Origin: Bacilli bacterium
GTDB lineage: Bacteria > Bacillota_I > Bacilli_A > RFN20 > CAG-826
Length of the DNA: 64,000 bases
Direction: 5' to 3'
Assembly (NCBI GenBank): GCA_024408505.1
Contig: JAKSUZ010000002.1
Span: forward strand, 1,337 to 65,336
Within the stretch, counting starts at the first letter, position 1; each line of letters opens with the position of its first letter. The notes under the pieces were generated by a model. The model was not told the origin of the DNA, searched no databases, and saw nothing but the letters and a program-made list of their open reading frames with translations. Shown here one piece after another: positions 39,214 through 49,562 of this stretch. The translations under genes and the position numbers were made by a program.

Positions 39214-40333
39214 GAATGGCCTCCTTCATACTTTGACTTACTTTATTCGCTAAAAAAATCACTTCACCAGTTGGAGCGTCGATTTTTCTTCCTACTCGAC
39301 CAGAGATTTGAATTAAGACTCCACTATCATACATTTCATCATCAGCGTTATAGATAATGACTTGGACATCTTTGATTGTCACTCCTCTTTCTAATACTGA
39401 AGTAGTCACTAAATAGTCATATTTATGTTTTTTAAAATCGGTAATAATCTCTTTCCGGTCTAAACACTTTGAGTGCACAAAATGACCTTTCTTAACAAAT
39501 ATTTTTAAAATCGAATAAATGGATTCCGCTAGTGAAATAGTAGGCGCAAAGATTAATAGTGGTTTTTTATTTTTTCGATATTCTTTAATCTTTTTGATTA
39601 AATAAAAAATTTTAAAATAGCCAATCCGAATCACACTGATTGGCTCAGGTAAAGCGTGACGATGATAACGAGTATGAAGTTCTAAGATTGGTAAATTATT
39701 CTTTTTAAAATCATCCACAATATCTTTCGGTGGAGTTGCGCTCATTAAGATATATGAACCTTTAAGTGATTTTTTAAATAAATTAATTAATAAACGATTA
39801 TCACGAAAAGGAAAAGCATCGATTTCATCTAAGATTAATAAATCAAAATAATTTGTGTATCGATATAGTTGATGGGTGGTGAGAATAATAATATCGCCAG
39901 TGAGTTGATCAGTATGTCCGCCATATACGCATACACTCTTACGATTAGGGAACGCAGATATAAAACGTGGAAATAAATCAATCGCAACTTCTCTTCGAGG
40001 TACGGCAAATCCTATGTGCATGCCGTGCGAAAGGGCATAACTAACGACTCCATACACTAGCTCGGTCTTCCCGCTTCCACACACCGCATGCACTAGAGTT
40101 GATTTATTGTCTTTAAAATTCTCTAGTAATCTAGTCGAAATTTTGCCTTGCTCAGGTGATAGTGGATAAGTTAGACTTGCGCTAGTGTCTTCATCGTCTA
40201 CTTTGTAGCTATTTACCTCCCTTCCTTGAAATGAGATGCAAAGACGACAATATGTTTGATTATTCTTCATGCCAAAATAGCGTGGATCTGTGTTTCCGCA
40301 TCTTGGACATACATATATCGCATTACTTCCCAT
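39176..40333 (-). CDS. comFA: Competence DEAD/DEAH-box helicase ComFA
   Basis: N-terminal zinc finger CPRCGN...CRLC, Walker A CGSGKTE, DEID box, MSATPP and helicase C motifs. Confidence 0.8.
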   Translation of the reverse strand: MGSNAIYVCPRCGNTDPRYFGMKNNQTYCRLCISFQGREVNSYKVDDEDTSASLTYPLSPEQGKISTRLLENFKDNKSTLVHAVCGSGKTELVYGVVSYALSHGMHIGFAVPRREVAIDLFPRFISAFPNRKSVCVYGGHTDQLTGDIIILTTHQLYRYTNYFDLLILDEIDAFPFRDNRLLINLFKKSLKGSYILMSATPPKDIVDDFKKNNLPILELHTRYHRHALPEPISVIRIGYFKIFYLIKKIKEYRKNKKPLLIFAPTISLAESIYSILKIFVKKGHFVHSKCLDRKEIITDFKKHKYDYLVTTSVLERGVTIKDVQVIIYNADDEMYDSGVLIQISGRVGRKIDAPTGEVIFLANKVSQSMKEAIHAIKLDNTYLTR

Positions 40334-40366
40334 ATTAGTTAATACGGAAAATATTCAATTTTTCCA

Positions 40367-40457
40367 CACGGAGGTGTGTGATATTTATACAAGTATAAAT
40401 ATATTTTTTTCGAGTTTTTGAAAAAGTTAACCAAATCACTGACTTGTTAACTTTTTT
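40367..40457 (-). promoter_or_regulatory. 91-nt conserved intergenic element, copy B (upstream of comFA-comFC)
   Basis: Gap-free alignment to 19630..19720. The 36-nt core is 40404..40439. GTTAAC palindromes at 40426-40431 and 40446-40451 are spaced 14 nt apart. Confidence 0.6.
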
Positions 40458-40595
40458 AGCCAAGACTTACTTGCTAAGTCATAATAATGGTAGAAGGCAG
40501 CAAGGCTTGAGTATTGTACTCCCGTTCCTGTCTTCTTTTTTTGTTTAGAGCATTGTAATATTAATTTATTAAGTTATAATGATTTCGAAATAAAT

Positions 40596-40829
40596 ATGAA
40601 AGAAACAATTACCCTATCCATAAGCAAAGAAGAAAAAGCGCTTTTAATGAAAAAAGCTAAAGCGCAACGCCTTTCATTGACTTCATATATACGTTTAGTG
40701 TCTTTAAATCAAGCAAGAAAGGATTTAAATGATATCAAATTAAATAATACCGACTGGAATTTATTAATCAGCGAATTAGATAATCCCAGTAAACCTAACG
40801 AAAAATTAATTAAACTTTTCGCTAAATAA
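40596..40829 (+). CDS. TacA/DUF1778-like ribbon-helix-helix antitoxin (no GNAT toxin downstream)
   Basis: The pattern ITLSISKEEKALLMKKAKAQRLSLTSYI...WNLLISELDNPSKPNEKLIKLF parallels DUF1778 antitoxins (an RHH strand, then a C-terminal L..LD.P....L..L tail). Confidence 0.55.
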   Translation: MKETITLSISKEEKALLMKKAKAQRLSLTSYIRLVSLNQARKDLNDIKLNNTDWNLLISELDNPSKPNEKLIKLFAK

Positions 40830-40957
40830 TGAAAAAGAAGAAAGTTGCTTTAAAAGATCCAAACGCAAAAGCGATGTGGGGAAGAACTAGATCCACTACT
40901 TTTAAAGACAAAACAAAATATACGCGAAAAGAGAAACATAAGAATAACTATCGTTAA
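40829..40957 (+). CDS. Possible 42-aa highly basic peptide
   Basis: Its ATG overlaps the antitoxin stop (TAATG). Translation is MKKKKVALKDPNAKAMWGRTRSTTFKDKTKYTRKEKHKNNYR, with 16 K/R in 42 residues. It is below the ORF-track size cutoff. Confidence 0.35.
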   Translation: MKKKKVALKDPNAKAMWGRTRSTTFKDKTKYTRKEKHKNNYR

Positions 40958-41386
40958 TTATTGTTCAATCATGTTGATGCGGGTTAAATGACGTCCCCCA
41001 TCAAATGGAGTATTTAAAAAGATATCTACACGACGAAGTACATCGTCAATTTTCATAAACTTTTGACCAAAGCTAATAGCATTCGCATTGTTATGATGTC
41101 GCATTAGGCTAACTACTTCATCTTCATAACCAATTCCGCATCTAATGCCTTTATAGCGATTAGCGGTCATACACATGCCTTCACCAGTTGTGCACACTAA
41201 AATTACATAATCAACTTTATGATTTACGAGCATCTCACAAGCTTTCTTTGCAAATTCTGGATAATGACAAGAATCAAGCGAATTTGTTCCGCAATCAAAA
41301 GTCTCGTGATTATTTTTCTTTAAATGTTCAATAATCTTACTTTTATAATCAAGACCACCATGGTCACTTGCTAATGCTATTTTCAT
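40958..41386 (-). CDS. rpiB: Ribose-5-phosphate isomerase B
   Basis: MKIALASDHGG start, a CTTGEGM-type active-site region, 142 aa. Confidence 0.85.
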   Translation of the reverse strand: MKIALASDHGGLDYKSKIIEHLKKNNHETFDCGTNSLDSCHYPEFAKKACEMLVNHKVDYVILVCTTGEGMCMTANRYKGIRCGIGYEDEVVSLMRHHNNANAISFGQKFMKIDDVLRRVDIFLNTPFDGGRHLTRINMIEQ

Positions 41387-41988
41387 AACTTGTTATACAC
41401 CTCAATTAACTTTCTTGAAGGTATTTTACCTTCACGAATCACTTTTATTTTATCACTTATTAATAAAATCGTAGATGGTTTGTCTTTTTTAATCTTATCG
41501 TTAATAACAGCGTCTAATTCTTTACCAAATTCTTTTTTAATTAACTTAATATCGTTAAGTGGATCTTTACCATTTCGATTAAGTGAAGGCACAAGTAAAG
41601 GTCCGCTTAACTTTAATAAATCAAGAGTTAATTTGTAATTAGGCACTCTAATTCCAATATAGCCATCTTTACTTAAATATTTTGGTAAGCCTATTTTAAC
41701 TGGAAGAATTAATGTTACTGATCCAGGTAATACTTTTTTAATAAATTTAGCGGTCTTTTTATTTAATTTTGCGAACTTTTTAATTTCATTAACATCGCCT
41801 AACATCAAGGTATATGGTTTATCCGGTGTTCTTCTTTTTAATTTATTTAAGGCTCTATACGCTTTAATAGAATCAAAACGACACGCAACCCCATAAACAG
41901 TTTCAGTTGGAAAAGCAACGAGTTTACCCCGTTTTAGAAGGCGGCTGGCTTTTAGAAGATCTGAACAACTTTTATTTAAAACTATCAT
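41383..41988 (-). CDS. tsaC: L-threonylcarbamoyladenylate synthase (TsaC/YwlC/Sua5 family)
   Basis: VAFPTETVYGVACRF, KLKRRTPDKPYTLML and IRVP motifs. Confidence 0.85.
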   Translation of the reverse strand: MIVLNKSCSDLLKASRLLKRGKLVAFPTETVYGVACRFDSIKAYRALNKLKRRTPDKPYTLMLGDVNEIKKFAKLNKKTAKFIKKVLPGSVTLILPVKIGLPKYLSKDGYIGIRVPNYKLTLDLLKLSGPLLVPSLNRNGKDPLNDIKLIKKEFGKELDAVINDKIKKDKPSTILLISDKIKVIREGKIPSRKLIEVYNKL

Positions 41989-42114
41989 TATTTAACTAGT
42001 ATACTTAAAAACACCTTAAATGTTTAATTTTTGCAAAATTACTTGATTTAATGCATCTTGTACTTTGAATAAAATCAATATACAATGATTGCATATTTTA
42101 AGGAGATTAATATT

Positions 42115-42990
42115 ATGAATTACAAAATGCTTAATTTTCCATTAGTGTTACTTTGCCCATTTCTAATGACTAACTGTGGAGGGAGAAGTTATAAAGTTAC
42201 CATTCCTGACACTAATGGGGTAATGATTAGTCCGAACACTGCTAAATCAGGTGAAGATTATGTAGGCACTATTTCTATTGCTAAAGACTTAACAGATTCA
42301 ATTTTACCAGATGCATTAACAAAAGTAACTTCTGGTAACAAAGAACTTTTGGCAGGCGATGGCTATACATATGAAGCTAAAAGCGATCATCTATCTGCTG
42401 ATTTTAAAATTCCAGGTGCGAATGTAGTGGGCGATATCTCCATTCAACTTGATTTAGTAGATGATAAAATTAACAGCCAAGAAGAACTTGCGAGTGTATT
42501 GAAATTTGAAGACGTTAAATACGTCCAAACTAGTGTGGCGATTCAACGTAGTGGTATCGAAGAATATTCTCCAAGCGTTTATCATAGCGAAATAAAAGAT
42601 GGAAGATATAATGGAAATTTTTATATTGAACGCACTAACGAGGAAACATATTGGAAATATATAAAAATAAATGACGTGTGGACAAAAAAAATGACCACCG
42701 TTGAAGAATGGAGAGGCGTAGAAAAAATATATACAGCTTATCATTTCGATGCATTAGTGAAAGAAGTAGGGTACAAAGGTTTTGAATATAAAGATGGTGA
42801 ATATTATAGTAATGTTAGAGGAATTGCCAAAATTCATCTAAAATTTATGAATAAGAAATTAACTGCTTATAAAACCGAGGAGTTTGATGACGATGAGGGT
42901 GAATGGATTGTTACCCAAGATACAAATTTTACATATAACGAATATACTCCAGATTTACCAGATGTTCCTGAACCACCGACAAATAGATAA
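42115..42990 (+). CDS. Surface lipoprotein of unknown function
   Basis: AAGGAG RBS before ATG 42115. MNYKMLNFPLVLLCPFLMTNCGG lipobox. Confidence 0.7.
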   Translation: MNYKMLNFPLVLLCPFLMTNCGGRSYKVTIPDTNGVMISPNTAKSGEDYVGTISIAKDLTDSILPDALTKVTSGNKELLAGDGYTYEAKSDHLSADFKIPGANVVGDISIQLDLVDDKINSQEELASVLKFEDVKYVQTSVAIQRSGIEEYSPSVYHSEIKDGRYNGNFYIERTNEETYWKYIKINDVWTKKMTTVEEWRGVEKIYTAYHFDALVKEVGYKGFEYKDGEYYSNVRGIAKIHLKFMNKKLTAYKTEEFDDDEGEWIVTQDTNFTYNEYTPDLPDVPEPPTNR

Positions 42991-43013
42991 CATAATCTAA
43001 TTATCTTTTGTTA

Positions 43014-43045
43014 AAACTTGGTTAGAATTACTAGCCAAGTTTTTA
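43014..43045. terminator. Bidirectional terminator hairpin between convergent genes
   Basis: AAACTTGG-loop-CCAAGTTT, with T-runs on both strands. Confidence 0.6.
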
Positions 43046-43047
43046 TT

Positions 43048-43875
43048 TTATTTTTTTACGATACTTAAAAAACGTATCTTATGATTAATATCTTGAGAAA
43101 AATTAAAACTATATTGTGAGAAACTTTTTTGCATTAATATTTTTAAATCGTCTACTAGATTAGGCGCAATCTCAAATAACATTAAACAAGGCGAACTTAA
43201 GTGGTTATTTTGAAAGATTTTTTGATACACATTATTTTGATCAGAAATAAATAACGCAGAATGAGGCTCATAATCTAAAACACTCTTATCTACATCTTTT
43301 TTAAATTTAATGTAAGGTGGATTAGATACGATTATATCGTATTTAACCTTATTTTCTGGGAATGTATCCGCTTGATAAACATTAACTTTAACATGATGAT
43401 CTTTAATATTTTTCTTAGCGACTTTGATTGCTTTTTCATTAATTTCGGTTGCATCTACTCTCGCGTCTGGAAATTCTTTTTTAAGTTTAATCGCAATCAC
43501 TCCGCTTCCGATTCCAACATCAAGAATATTTAACTTCTTTTTATTAGGATAATATTCATTAATTCTTTTGATTAAAAGAGTCACTAATTCTTCGGTTTCC
43601 ACTCGAGGAATTAAAACATCCTTATTTACATAATAAATATCGCCTAAAAAATAAGCTTTATTAGTAATATAACTAAGGGGCACACCACTCTTTAATTTTT
43701 CGAAGGCATTTTTGATGGATTTTATGTCCTTAATTTCTTCGTTTAATTTAAGGTAAAAAGATGATTGATTTTTTAAAGATAAAACATCAGTAATTAAAAA
43801 GCGAATATCAAGTTCATTTATATGATATTTTTTACCTTCTTTAATTAATGATAAATAAAGCTCTTTTAGTTTCAT
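43048..43875 (-). CDS. prmC: Release factor glutamine N5-methyltransferase
   Basis: SAM motif [10 protein letters not shown] and catalytic NPPY. 4-nt overlap with prfA. Confidence 0.9.
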   Translation of the reverse strand: MKLKELYLSLIKEGKKYHINELDIRFLITDVLSLKNQSSFYLKLNEEIKDIKSIKNAFEKLKSGVPLSYITNKAYFLGDIYYVNKDVLIPRVETEELVTLLIKRINEYYPNKKKLNILDVGIGSGVIAIKLKKEFPDARVDATEINEKAIKVAKKNIKDHHVKVNVYQADTFPENKVKYDIIVSNPPYIKFKKDVDKSVLDYEPHSALFISDQNNVYQKIFQNNHLSSPCLMLFEIAPNLVDDLKILMQKSFSQYSFNFSQDINHKIRFLSIVKK

Positions 43876-44945
43876 TTATTTAACATCTTTTGCTCATTAT
43901 CAAAATGAATTAAAGCTTCGATGATATCTTCGATATCGCCTTCCATTACGCGGTCTAATTCTTGAAGCGTGAAGTTAATTCTATGATCAGTAACACGGTT
44001 TTGTGGATAGTTATAAGTTCTAATCTTTTCACTACGTTCTCCATGTCCAACTTTTAGCTTTCTTTCTTTGCCCATTTTTTCTTGTTGTTCATCAAGCGCT
44101 TTTTGATACACTTTTGTACGTAACATTTGCATACAAATTTCTCGGTTCTGAATTTGGCTCTTTTCGGTTTGACAAGAAACCACAATTCCGGTTGGTTTAT
44201 GGGTCATTCTAACCGCAGATTCAGTTTTATTAACATTTTGACCGCCTGCACCTTGGCTTCTATATGTGTCTACTTGAATATCACTTGGGTTAATAACAAT
44301 ATCAATTTCTTCCGCTTCTGGCATCACTAAAACCGTTGCGGTGGAAGTATGGATACGCCCGCTCGCCTCCGTTTTAGGTACGCGCTGAACACGATGCGCG
44401 CCTGACTCATATTTAAGTTTAGAATAGACTTTCTCTCCACTAATCTTAAAGGATATATTAGAAAATCCACCGGCATTTGAGTAACTAGCGTCTAATAATT
44501 GAATACGCCAATTATTCTTTTCTGCGTATTTAGTGTACATTCTAAATAAGTCGCCCGCGAAGATATTCGCCTCATCGCCACCCACCGCGCCTTTAATCTC
44601 AACAATGATGTTTTTATCATCGTTTGGATCTTGGGGAAGTAGTAAAACCGTTAATTTAGCGATTAATTCTTCCATAAGTTTACTTAAACGCTTATGTTCT
44701 TCTTTACCAAAAGAGGCAATTTCACTATCTTTATCATTAGACATTGTTAAAGCGTCTTTAATATTCTTTTCAGCATCTAAATATTGCTTAAAAAGCTCAC
44801 CAATCTCATCTAGAAGCGCTCTTTCTTTACTTAAATCGCGAAAAAGCTTCTTATTTTTGATGGTGGATTCAAGAAGAAGCTCGTTATCAATCTCCTTTAA
44901 TCTTGCTGCACTTGCAACAAGCCGATTTCGCATATTTTCTTCCAT
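43872..44945 (-). CDS. prfA: Peptide chain release factor 1
   Basis: PKT tripeptide region ([17 protein letters not shown]) and GGQ ([11 protein letters not shown]). Confidence 0.95.
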   Translation of the reverse strand: MEENMRNRLVASAARLKEIDNELLLESTIKNKKLFRDLSKERALLDEIGELFKQYLDAEKNIKDALTMSNDKDSEIASFGKEEHKRLSKLMEELIAKLTVLLLPQDPNDDKNIIVEIKGAVGGDEANIFAGDLFRMYTKYAEKNNWRIQLLDASYSNAGGFSNISFKISGEKVYSKLKYESGAHRVQRVPKTEASGRIHTSTATVLVMPEAEEIDIVINPSDIQVDTYRSQGAGGQNVNKTESAVRMTHKPTGIVVSCQTEKSQIQNREICMQMLRTKVYQKALDEQQEKMGKERKLKVGHGERSEKIRTYNYPQNRVTDHRINFTLQELDRVMEGDIEDIIEALIHFDNEQKMLNK

Positions 44946-45061
44946 AATCGTATAGATTATAAAATAAAAGAATTCTTTTTGATATAAAAATTATTTGCTT
45001 TAATATAATTAAACTTGTAAAATCATAGAGCGTGTTTATTTATAAACAAGGGTTTTAAATT

Positions 45062-47134
45062 ATGAAAAAGTCAAAATTAATCACATGTCTATCCGCCGCA
45101 TTCGTATCGGCGATGGCTTTAATGAGCTGCTCTTCTCTTATCAAGAGTAAAAGTGGTGTTATCTTAACAATCGACGGAGTGGATTACACGGCCGAAGATT
45201 TATTTAACGATCAAAAGACACCAGCGGCTGCAGAAGCTAAATTTAATGCAGTCTATAAAGTTGCAATTCGTGCTTATTTTAAGAATCACACTGAAGATGA
45301 AAGCGAAATTAAACGTAATACTCAAATTAAAATTAATGAACAAAAGGCTACTGCGCAATCTAACGCTGATAAAAACGGCACTAGTTACGATGAAGAATGG
45401 AAAAAGATTCTAGATTCTAACGGTGTAGAAGATGAAACCGGTTTATACAATAAATTTGAATACGAGCTTCAAAAAGAGAAGTTTGAGAATAAGTTATATG
45501 AAAATAACTACGATGTTTTAAGAACCGGTGGCAAACTTCACGATAAAGATGGCAAAATTCCAGAAGGTACGGATGATGTTCCTGGCTATTTAGCAGAAAA
45601 AATGCCCTACCACATGAAGCACATCTTAGTCAAAGTTGGCGCTGCGGCTGGTGATAACACAACTGGAACCATTACCGCTGCTGAATCTGAGAAACTTTAC
45701 AAAGTTATTAGAGATTTAGCAAACGGTGCTAATTTCGATGCCGTCTCTAATGACTATAGCGATGATAAAACCGCTGCTGAAAGTCATGCAAGTTTAGGCA
45801 TTATGAGTCGAGATACATCTTTCGTTGATGATTTTAAATTAGGCACTTATTTCTATGAAGCCGAATACGGATATAGCACTTCTATTTCCGGCGGAGATTA
45901 TCAAGCATCTAAAGCCAAAGAGAAATTATTCAGCACAGGATCTATGGCAGCGACATGGGAAGAGGATATTACAAAATTAATCGACCCAACATCTGGTGAA
46001 GCAATCGGTGTTATTCCTTATGAAGCAGCCGAAAAATTAGCATTGAGAGCTGATGGTGGTTATGCTGATGTTGAATATGACCAAATTCCTAGTTTGAAAG
46101 CAGCCGGAGTTAAAAAAGAAGATTTTAAAGATAAATATCTCCCACGTAACGTTATCTTTAACAAATATTTCAATAAGCACAATATTATGATTATTGCGCC
46201 TGCAAAGTTGCCAACTTACAGTACACTTGTTGGCGATTATTTTAGTGCAGATGGTACGAAGCGATTGAAAGAAGATAATTATACTTGTACCTACGATACA
46301 AGCACATCTGCTTATCCAAACAAAGAAGGATTTAAGCGAGCGCCCAAAAACAATGACTATGTGATAGCTACGGAAGCTGGAACAAATTTCAAAGGCGCAA
46401 CTTCTTCAGACGTAGGACAATATGCTACCACACAACATATTTTGCGTGATGAAAACGGAAGAACAATCTTCGTATTCCGTAGTGGTACTGGTGGTTCAAG
46501 TAACGATGATTATCAAGGTATTCATTTTGTAGTTATCGAAAGAAGCCCGTTCATCGGTAAAGAATTTGATGATAACAATACATCAGGGCAACACTACACT
46601 GAATTAAAGGAATATTATACTGAATACTATCCTGGTCAACCTGGCGGGCACCATCCTGAATATACCGATGTTACTACTGGTGATAAGAATAAGCACACCT
46701 TCCCTAATTACATTATGTTGGATCCTGAATTAAAGAATAAGAAGGATAGAGCGGATACTGTTAAATCTGAATTAAAGAAATGCACTTCTGATTTAAACAC
46801 TTACATCTACGATTACCTACTCAAAGATAATAAGATTCAATTTAAAGATAGCGATCAAGCAAAGGCTATCCAAAAATCAATAACAGATTGGATTGGTATC
46901 AATCGTGAAGATGCCAAGATTGAAAAAGAGCATAATTGGGATAACAATTGGCAAACCTATTACTATAGTCTTGCCGCAAAATATGATGAACGTAAAGAAT
47001 ACAAAGTTAGTGCTAATCATATAATAAGCAGACTTGTCCCCGAAGCATGCACGGCAGCGTTATATTCTAGCGGAACAGATATATCTAACTTTATCAAAGG
47101 TGCATTTGGCGTAGGAGGTATCTTCCATGAATAA
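45062..47134 (+). CDS. Large lipoprotein with a parvulin-type PPIase (PrsA-like) segment
   Basis: AMALMSCSS lipobox. YHMKHILVKV...ANGANFDAVSNDYSDD...SLGIMSRDTSFVDDFKLG resembles the parvulin core. Confidence 0.6.
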   Translation: MKKSKLITCLSAAFVSAMALMSCSSLIKSKSGVILTIDGVDYTAEDLFNDQKTPAAAEAKFNAVYKVAIRAYFKNHTEDESEIKRNTQIKINEQKATAQSNADKNGTSYDEEWKKILDSNGVEDETGLYNKFEYELQKEKFENKLYENNYDVLRTGGKLHDKDGKIPEGTDDVPGYLAEKMPYHMKHILVKVGAAAGDNTTGTITAAESEKLYKVIRDLANGANFDAVSNDYSDDKTAAESHASLGIMSRDTSFVDDFKLGTYFYEAEYGYSTSISGGDYQASKAKEKLFSTGSMAATWEEDITKLIDPTSGEAIGVIPYEAAEKLALRADGGYADVEYDQIPSLKAAGVKKEDFKDKYLPRNVIFNKYFNKHNIMIIAPAKLPTYSTLVGDYFSADGTKRLKEDNYTCTYDTSTSAYPNKEGFKRAPKNNDYVIATEAGTNFKGATSSDVGQYATTQHILRDENGRTIFVFRSGTGGSSNDDYQGIHFVVIERSPFIGKEFDDNNTSGQHYTELKEYYTEYYPGQPGGHHPEYTDVTTGDKNKHTFPNYIMLDPELKNKKDRADTVKSELKKCTSDLNTYIYDYLLKDNKIQFKDSDQAKAIQKSITDWIGINREDAKIEKEHNWDNNWQTYYYSLAAKYDERKEYKVSANHIISRLVPEACTAALYSSGTDISNFIKGAFGVGGIFHE

Positions 47135-49097
47135 GAAAATATTAACTCCGCTATTTGTAGCGGTAAGCTTCCTTTTAATCGGATGTTCAACAAGTGAAAT
47201 TATTGGTCGTCCAGATTGGATCGATGATCCAATTGTTGTAGATCCAACTGATTTAAAAGACAACACCATGAAAGTGATATATGATGCTATTAAGAAATTA
47301 GGCGATACCAATGCTAATGTCTTAAATAAAGTCATATATGATATCGCCAAAAAACAAATTGGTACTTTTGATGAATTAACCAAATTCAGCAAATTAGAAA
47401 ATAAAGGTAATAGTGAATTTAAAGCATTCGTTGAAGCACATTCAATATATCAACCAGATAAAAAGAGTGCTATTAAAAAGGGTGGCACTATTACAGTTAA
47501 AGAACTTGCTGATTTAACTGATGCAGAAAAGAACGATGTTTCATATGGTAAAATCAAACAACAATATGACACTATTGTTGAACGCATTTTTGAAAAATTA
47601 TATAACGAAGTTAAAGGTGGCTCTTATACAATCGATTCGGTTAGAAAATTGTTTAGTGAAAAAGAATTTGTTAGACATTTAAAGAAAGAATTTTATGCAC
47701 CTAAAGATGCTGGTATTGGATATTTTGGTAAACAAGTATTCACACCAAAACCAATCGGTATGACTTGGAAAGAATTTGTCAATACAACAGACAATACAGA
47801 AACAGTGGAAAAGAAAGGTTTCCTCCACATTATGGATACTACAGGGAATTTAACTGAACTTTATTATCCAAAAACCGAAGGAGAAGATGGCGGCTATATC
47901 GGTCGTAAAATTTTGCCTGATATTTATCACGAAGTCTTAATTGAAAAATATGTCCGTGAACAAAGATACACAAACTTAGGTCGCGGATATGCTCGTAAAG
48001 CGCAAATGATTAAGATTGACCACAGTAGTTATGATGGCGAAGTGCGCAAAATGCTAAACGAATATGCTAAATTGCATATTACTGGAGGCGGAGAAACTGT
48101 TACTAAAGCCACATACGGCAGCTTAGATGATTTGAATTCAGCGATGATTGGTGTTGCTGATGCTGAAGAACAAAAAACCAATTGGAGCACTATTCGTAAA
48201 TATCTTGAAGCGGGTGAATTCCCAAAAATAAATATTGATGATACTTCTACAAATCAGATAGTATGGGCTATGCATATTGATGAAAACGGCGAGCCGACTA
48301 CTACACCAAAAACTACTTATGTTTTCCGTGGCACTAAATTAGGCGACCTCGTTGAAAAATTCAAGAAGGCTTACGATTTAATTCCAGGTACTACAACAAA
48401 AGGTGCTAATTTTACATATACACCTAAATCTCCATTTACCGAAGAAGCAAAAACTGCTTATAACGAATTAACTAATAACGGAGCCTATCCGATTGAAGTT
48501 GGTCTTGAAATTAAAGAAAGAGAACTTCTTTCTACTGATTTGACTCAAGATGGTTGGTATATGAAAGATGGCGGATTAACCGACTTACACGAAGATTTCC
48601 GCAACCGTTTATTTAACATTTCCACTTCTAACATTATTGATGAAGCTAAGAAAATGGAAACCGATGAAAGAGGCTGGAGCAAAGATTACGAATCAGGCGA
48701 TTATGCTCGCTACTTCGAATCAACTGATATGAAGGGTGCTACTACTAAACATGCTTATATCGTCGATAGTCTTGTTAGCCCTGATAAAGCTTGGGAATCC
48801 GTTGTCCTTAACAAAGACAACAACTTCTATATCGTTCAAGTTGACGAAGCCGCTTCATTAGCGAAACTCTCACTTGATGATGAACGTGCTTATATTAGAT
48901 TAAAGGCAACCGAAAATATAGCCGATTCTAATAATGCGATGAACGAGATTGTACGTGATATCACAAGACAAGTCGGTAGCAGCGACACCTATAAGAAGAA
49001 CGCTGAACAATATTACTTAATGATCAGTAACATTCTCTTCTACGATCAGAGTGTGTATGATTATTTCAAATCACAATTCCCAGATTTATTTAAGTAA
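47127..49097 (+). CDS. Large lipoprotein of unknown function, coupled to the PrsA-like gene
   Basis: VSFLLIGCSTS lipobox. 8-nt overlap with the upstream gene. Confidence 0.65.
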   Translation: MNKKILTPLFVAVSFLLIGCSTSEIIGRPDWIDDPIVVDPTDLKDNTMKVIYDAIKKLGDTNANVLNKVIYDIAKKQIGTFDELTKFSKLENKGNSEFKAFVEAHSIYQPDKKSAIKKGGTITVKELADLTDAEKNDVSYGKIKQQYDTIVERIFEKLYNEVKGGSYTIDSVRKLFSEKEFVRHLKKEFYAPKDAGIGYFGKQVFTPKPIGMTWKEFVNTTDNTETVEKKGFLHIMDTTGNLTELYYPKTEGEDGGYIGRKILPDIYHEVLIEKYVREQRYTNLGRGYARKAQMIKIDHSSYDGEVRKMLNEYAKLHITGGGETVTKATYGSLDDLNSAMIGVADAEEQKTNWSTIRKYLEAGEFPKINIDDTSTNQIVWAMHIDENGEPTTTPKTTYVFRGTKLGDLVEKFKKAYDLIPGTTTKGANFTYTPKSPFTEEAKTAYNELTNNGAYPIEVGLEIKERELLSTDLTQDGWYMKDGGLTDLHEDFRNRLFNISTSNIIDEAKKMETDERGWSKDYESGDYARYFESTDMKGATTKHAYIVDSLVSPDKAWESVVLNKDNNFYIVQVDEAASLAKLSLDDERAYIRLKATENIADSNNAMNEIVRDITRQVGSSDTYKKNAEQYYLMISNILFYDQSVYDYFKSQFPDLFK

Positions 49098-49107
49098 ATG
49101 AAACATT

Positions 49108-49134
49108 AAGGAGACTAAGGTCTCCTTTTTGTTT
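49108..49134 (+). terminator. Rho-independent terminator
   Basis: AAGGAGAC-TAA-GGTCTCCTT followed by TTTGTTTT. Confidence 0.8.
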
Positions 49135-49148
49135 TATAATATAGATGT

Positions 49149-49562
49149 ATGGATAATTGTATTTTTTGTAAAATCATTAAAGGTGAAATTCCTTCTAGTA
49201 AAATTTACGAGGATGATGATGTTTTAGCGATCCTTGATATTTCACAAGCGACGCATGGTCATACTTTAGTTATTTCTAAAGCACACTACCCAAACTTCTT
49301 ATCTACGCCTAAAGAGATTATGCATAAAGTCATGGATGTCGCACAACGAATCGGACAAGTAGAAATTGCCGTACTTGGCGCTAAGGGCGTAAATATCTTA
49401 ACTAATGTTGGTGAAGAAGCTGGACAAACCATTATGCATTACCATGTTCATGTAGTTCCTCGTTATACGCGTGATGCGGGTTTCCAGATTACTTTAAAAG
49501 AAAACGCGGTCGATAAATCATTACTTCCCGCGCTTGCTAATAAGATTAAAGAAAAACTTTAA
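49149..49562 (+). CDS. HIT-family nucleotide hydrolase/transferase
   Basis: CIFCKI zinc motif and histidine triad HYHVHVVP. Confidence 0.9.
   Translation: MDNCIFCKIIKGEIPSSKIYEDDDVLAILDISQATHGHTLVISKAHYPNFLSTPKEIMHKVMDVAQRIGQVEIAVLGAKGVNILTNVGEEAGQTIMHYHVHVVPRYTRDAGFQITLKENAVDKSLLPALANKIKEKL

Noticed and set aside
44533-44955. 140-aa + strand ORF inside prfA, and similar shadow ORFs elsewhere
   Set aside because: All are antisense to strongly supported genes. Their Ser/Leu/Phe/Ile-rich products are typical of reverse frames in AT-rich DNA, and none has an RBS. Other examples: 787..1038, 2556..2795, 2889..3110, 4963..5259, 8548..8787, 12903..13190, 14926..15300, 20696..21130, 36499..37218, 41390..41638, 47060..47392, 58463..58708 and 59284..59559.
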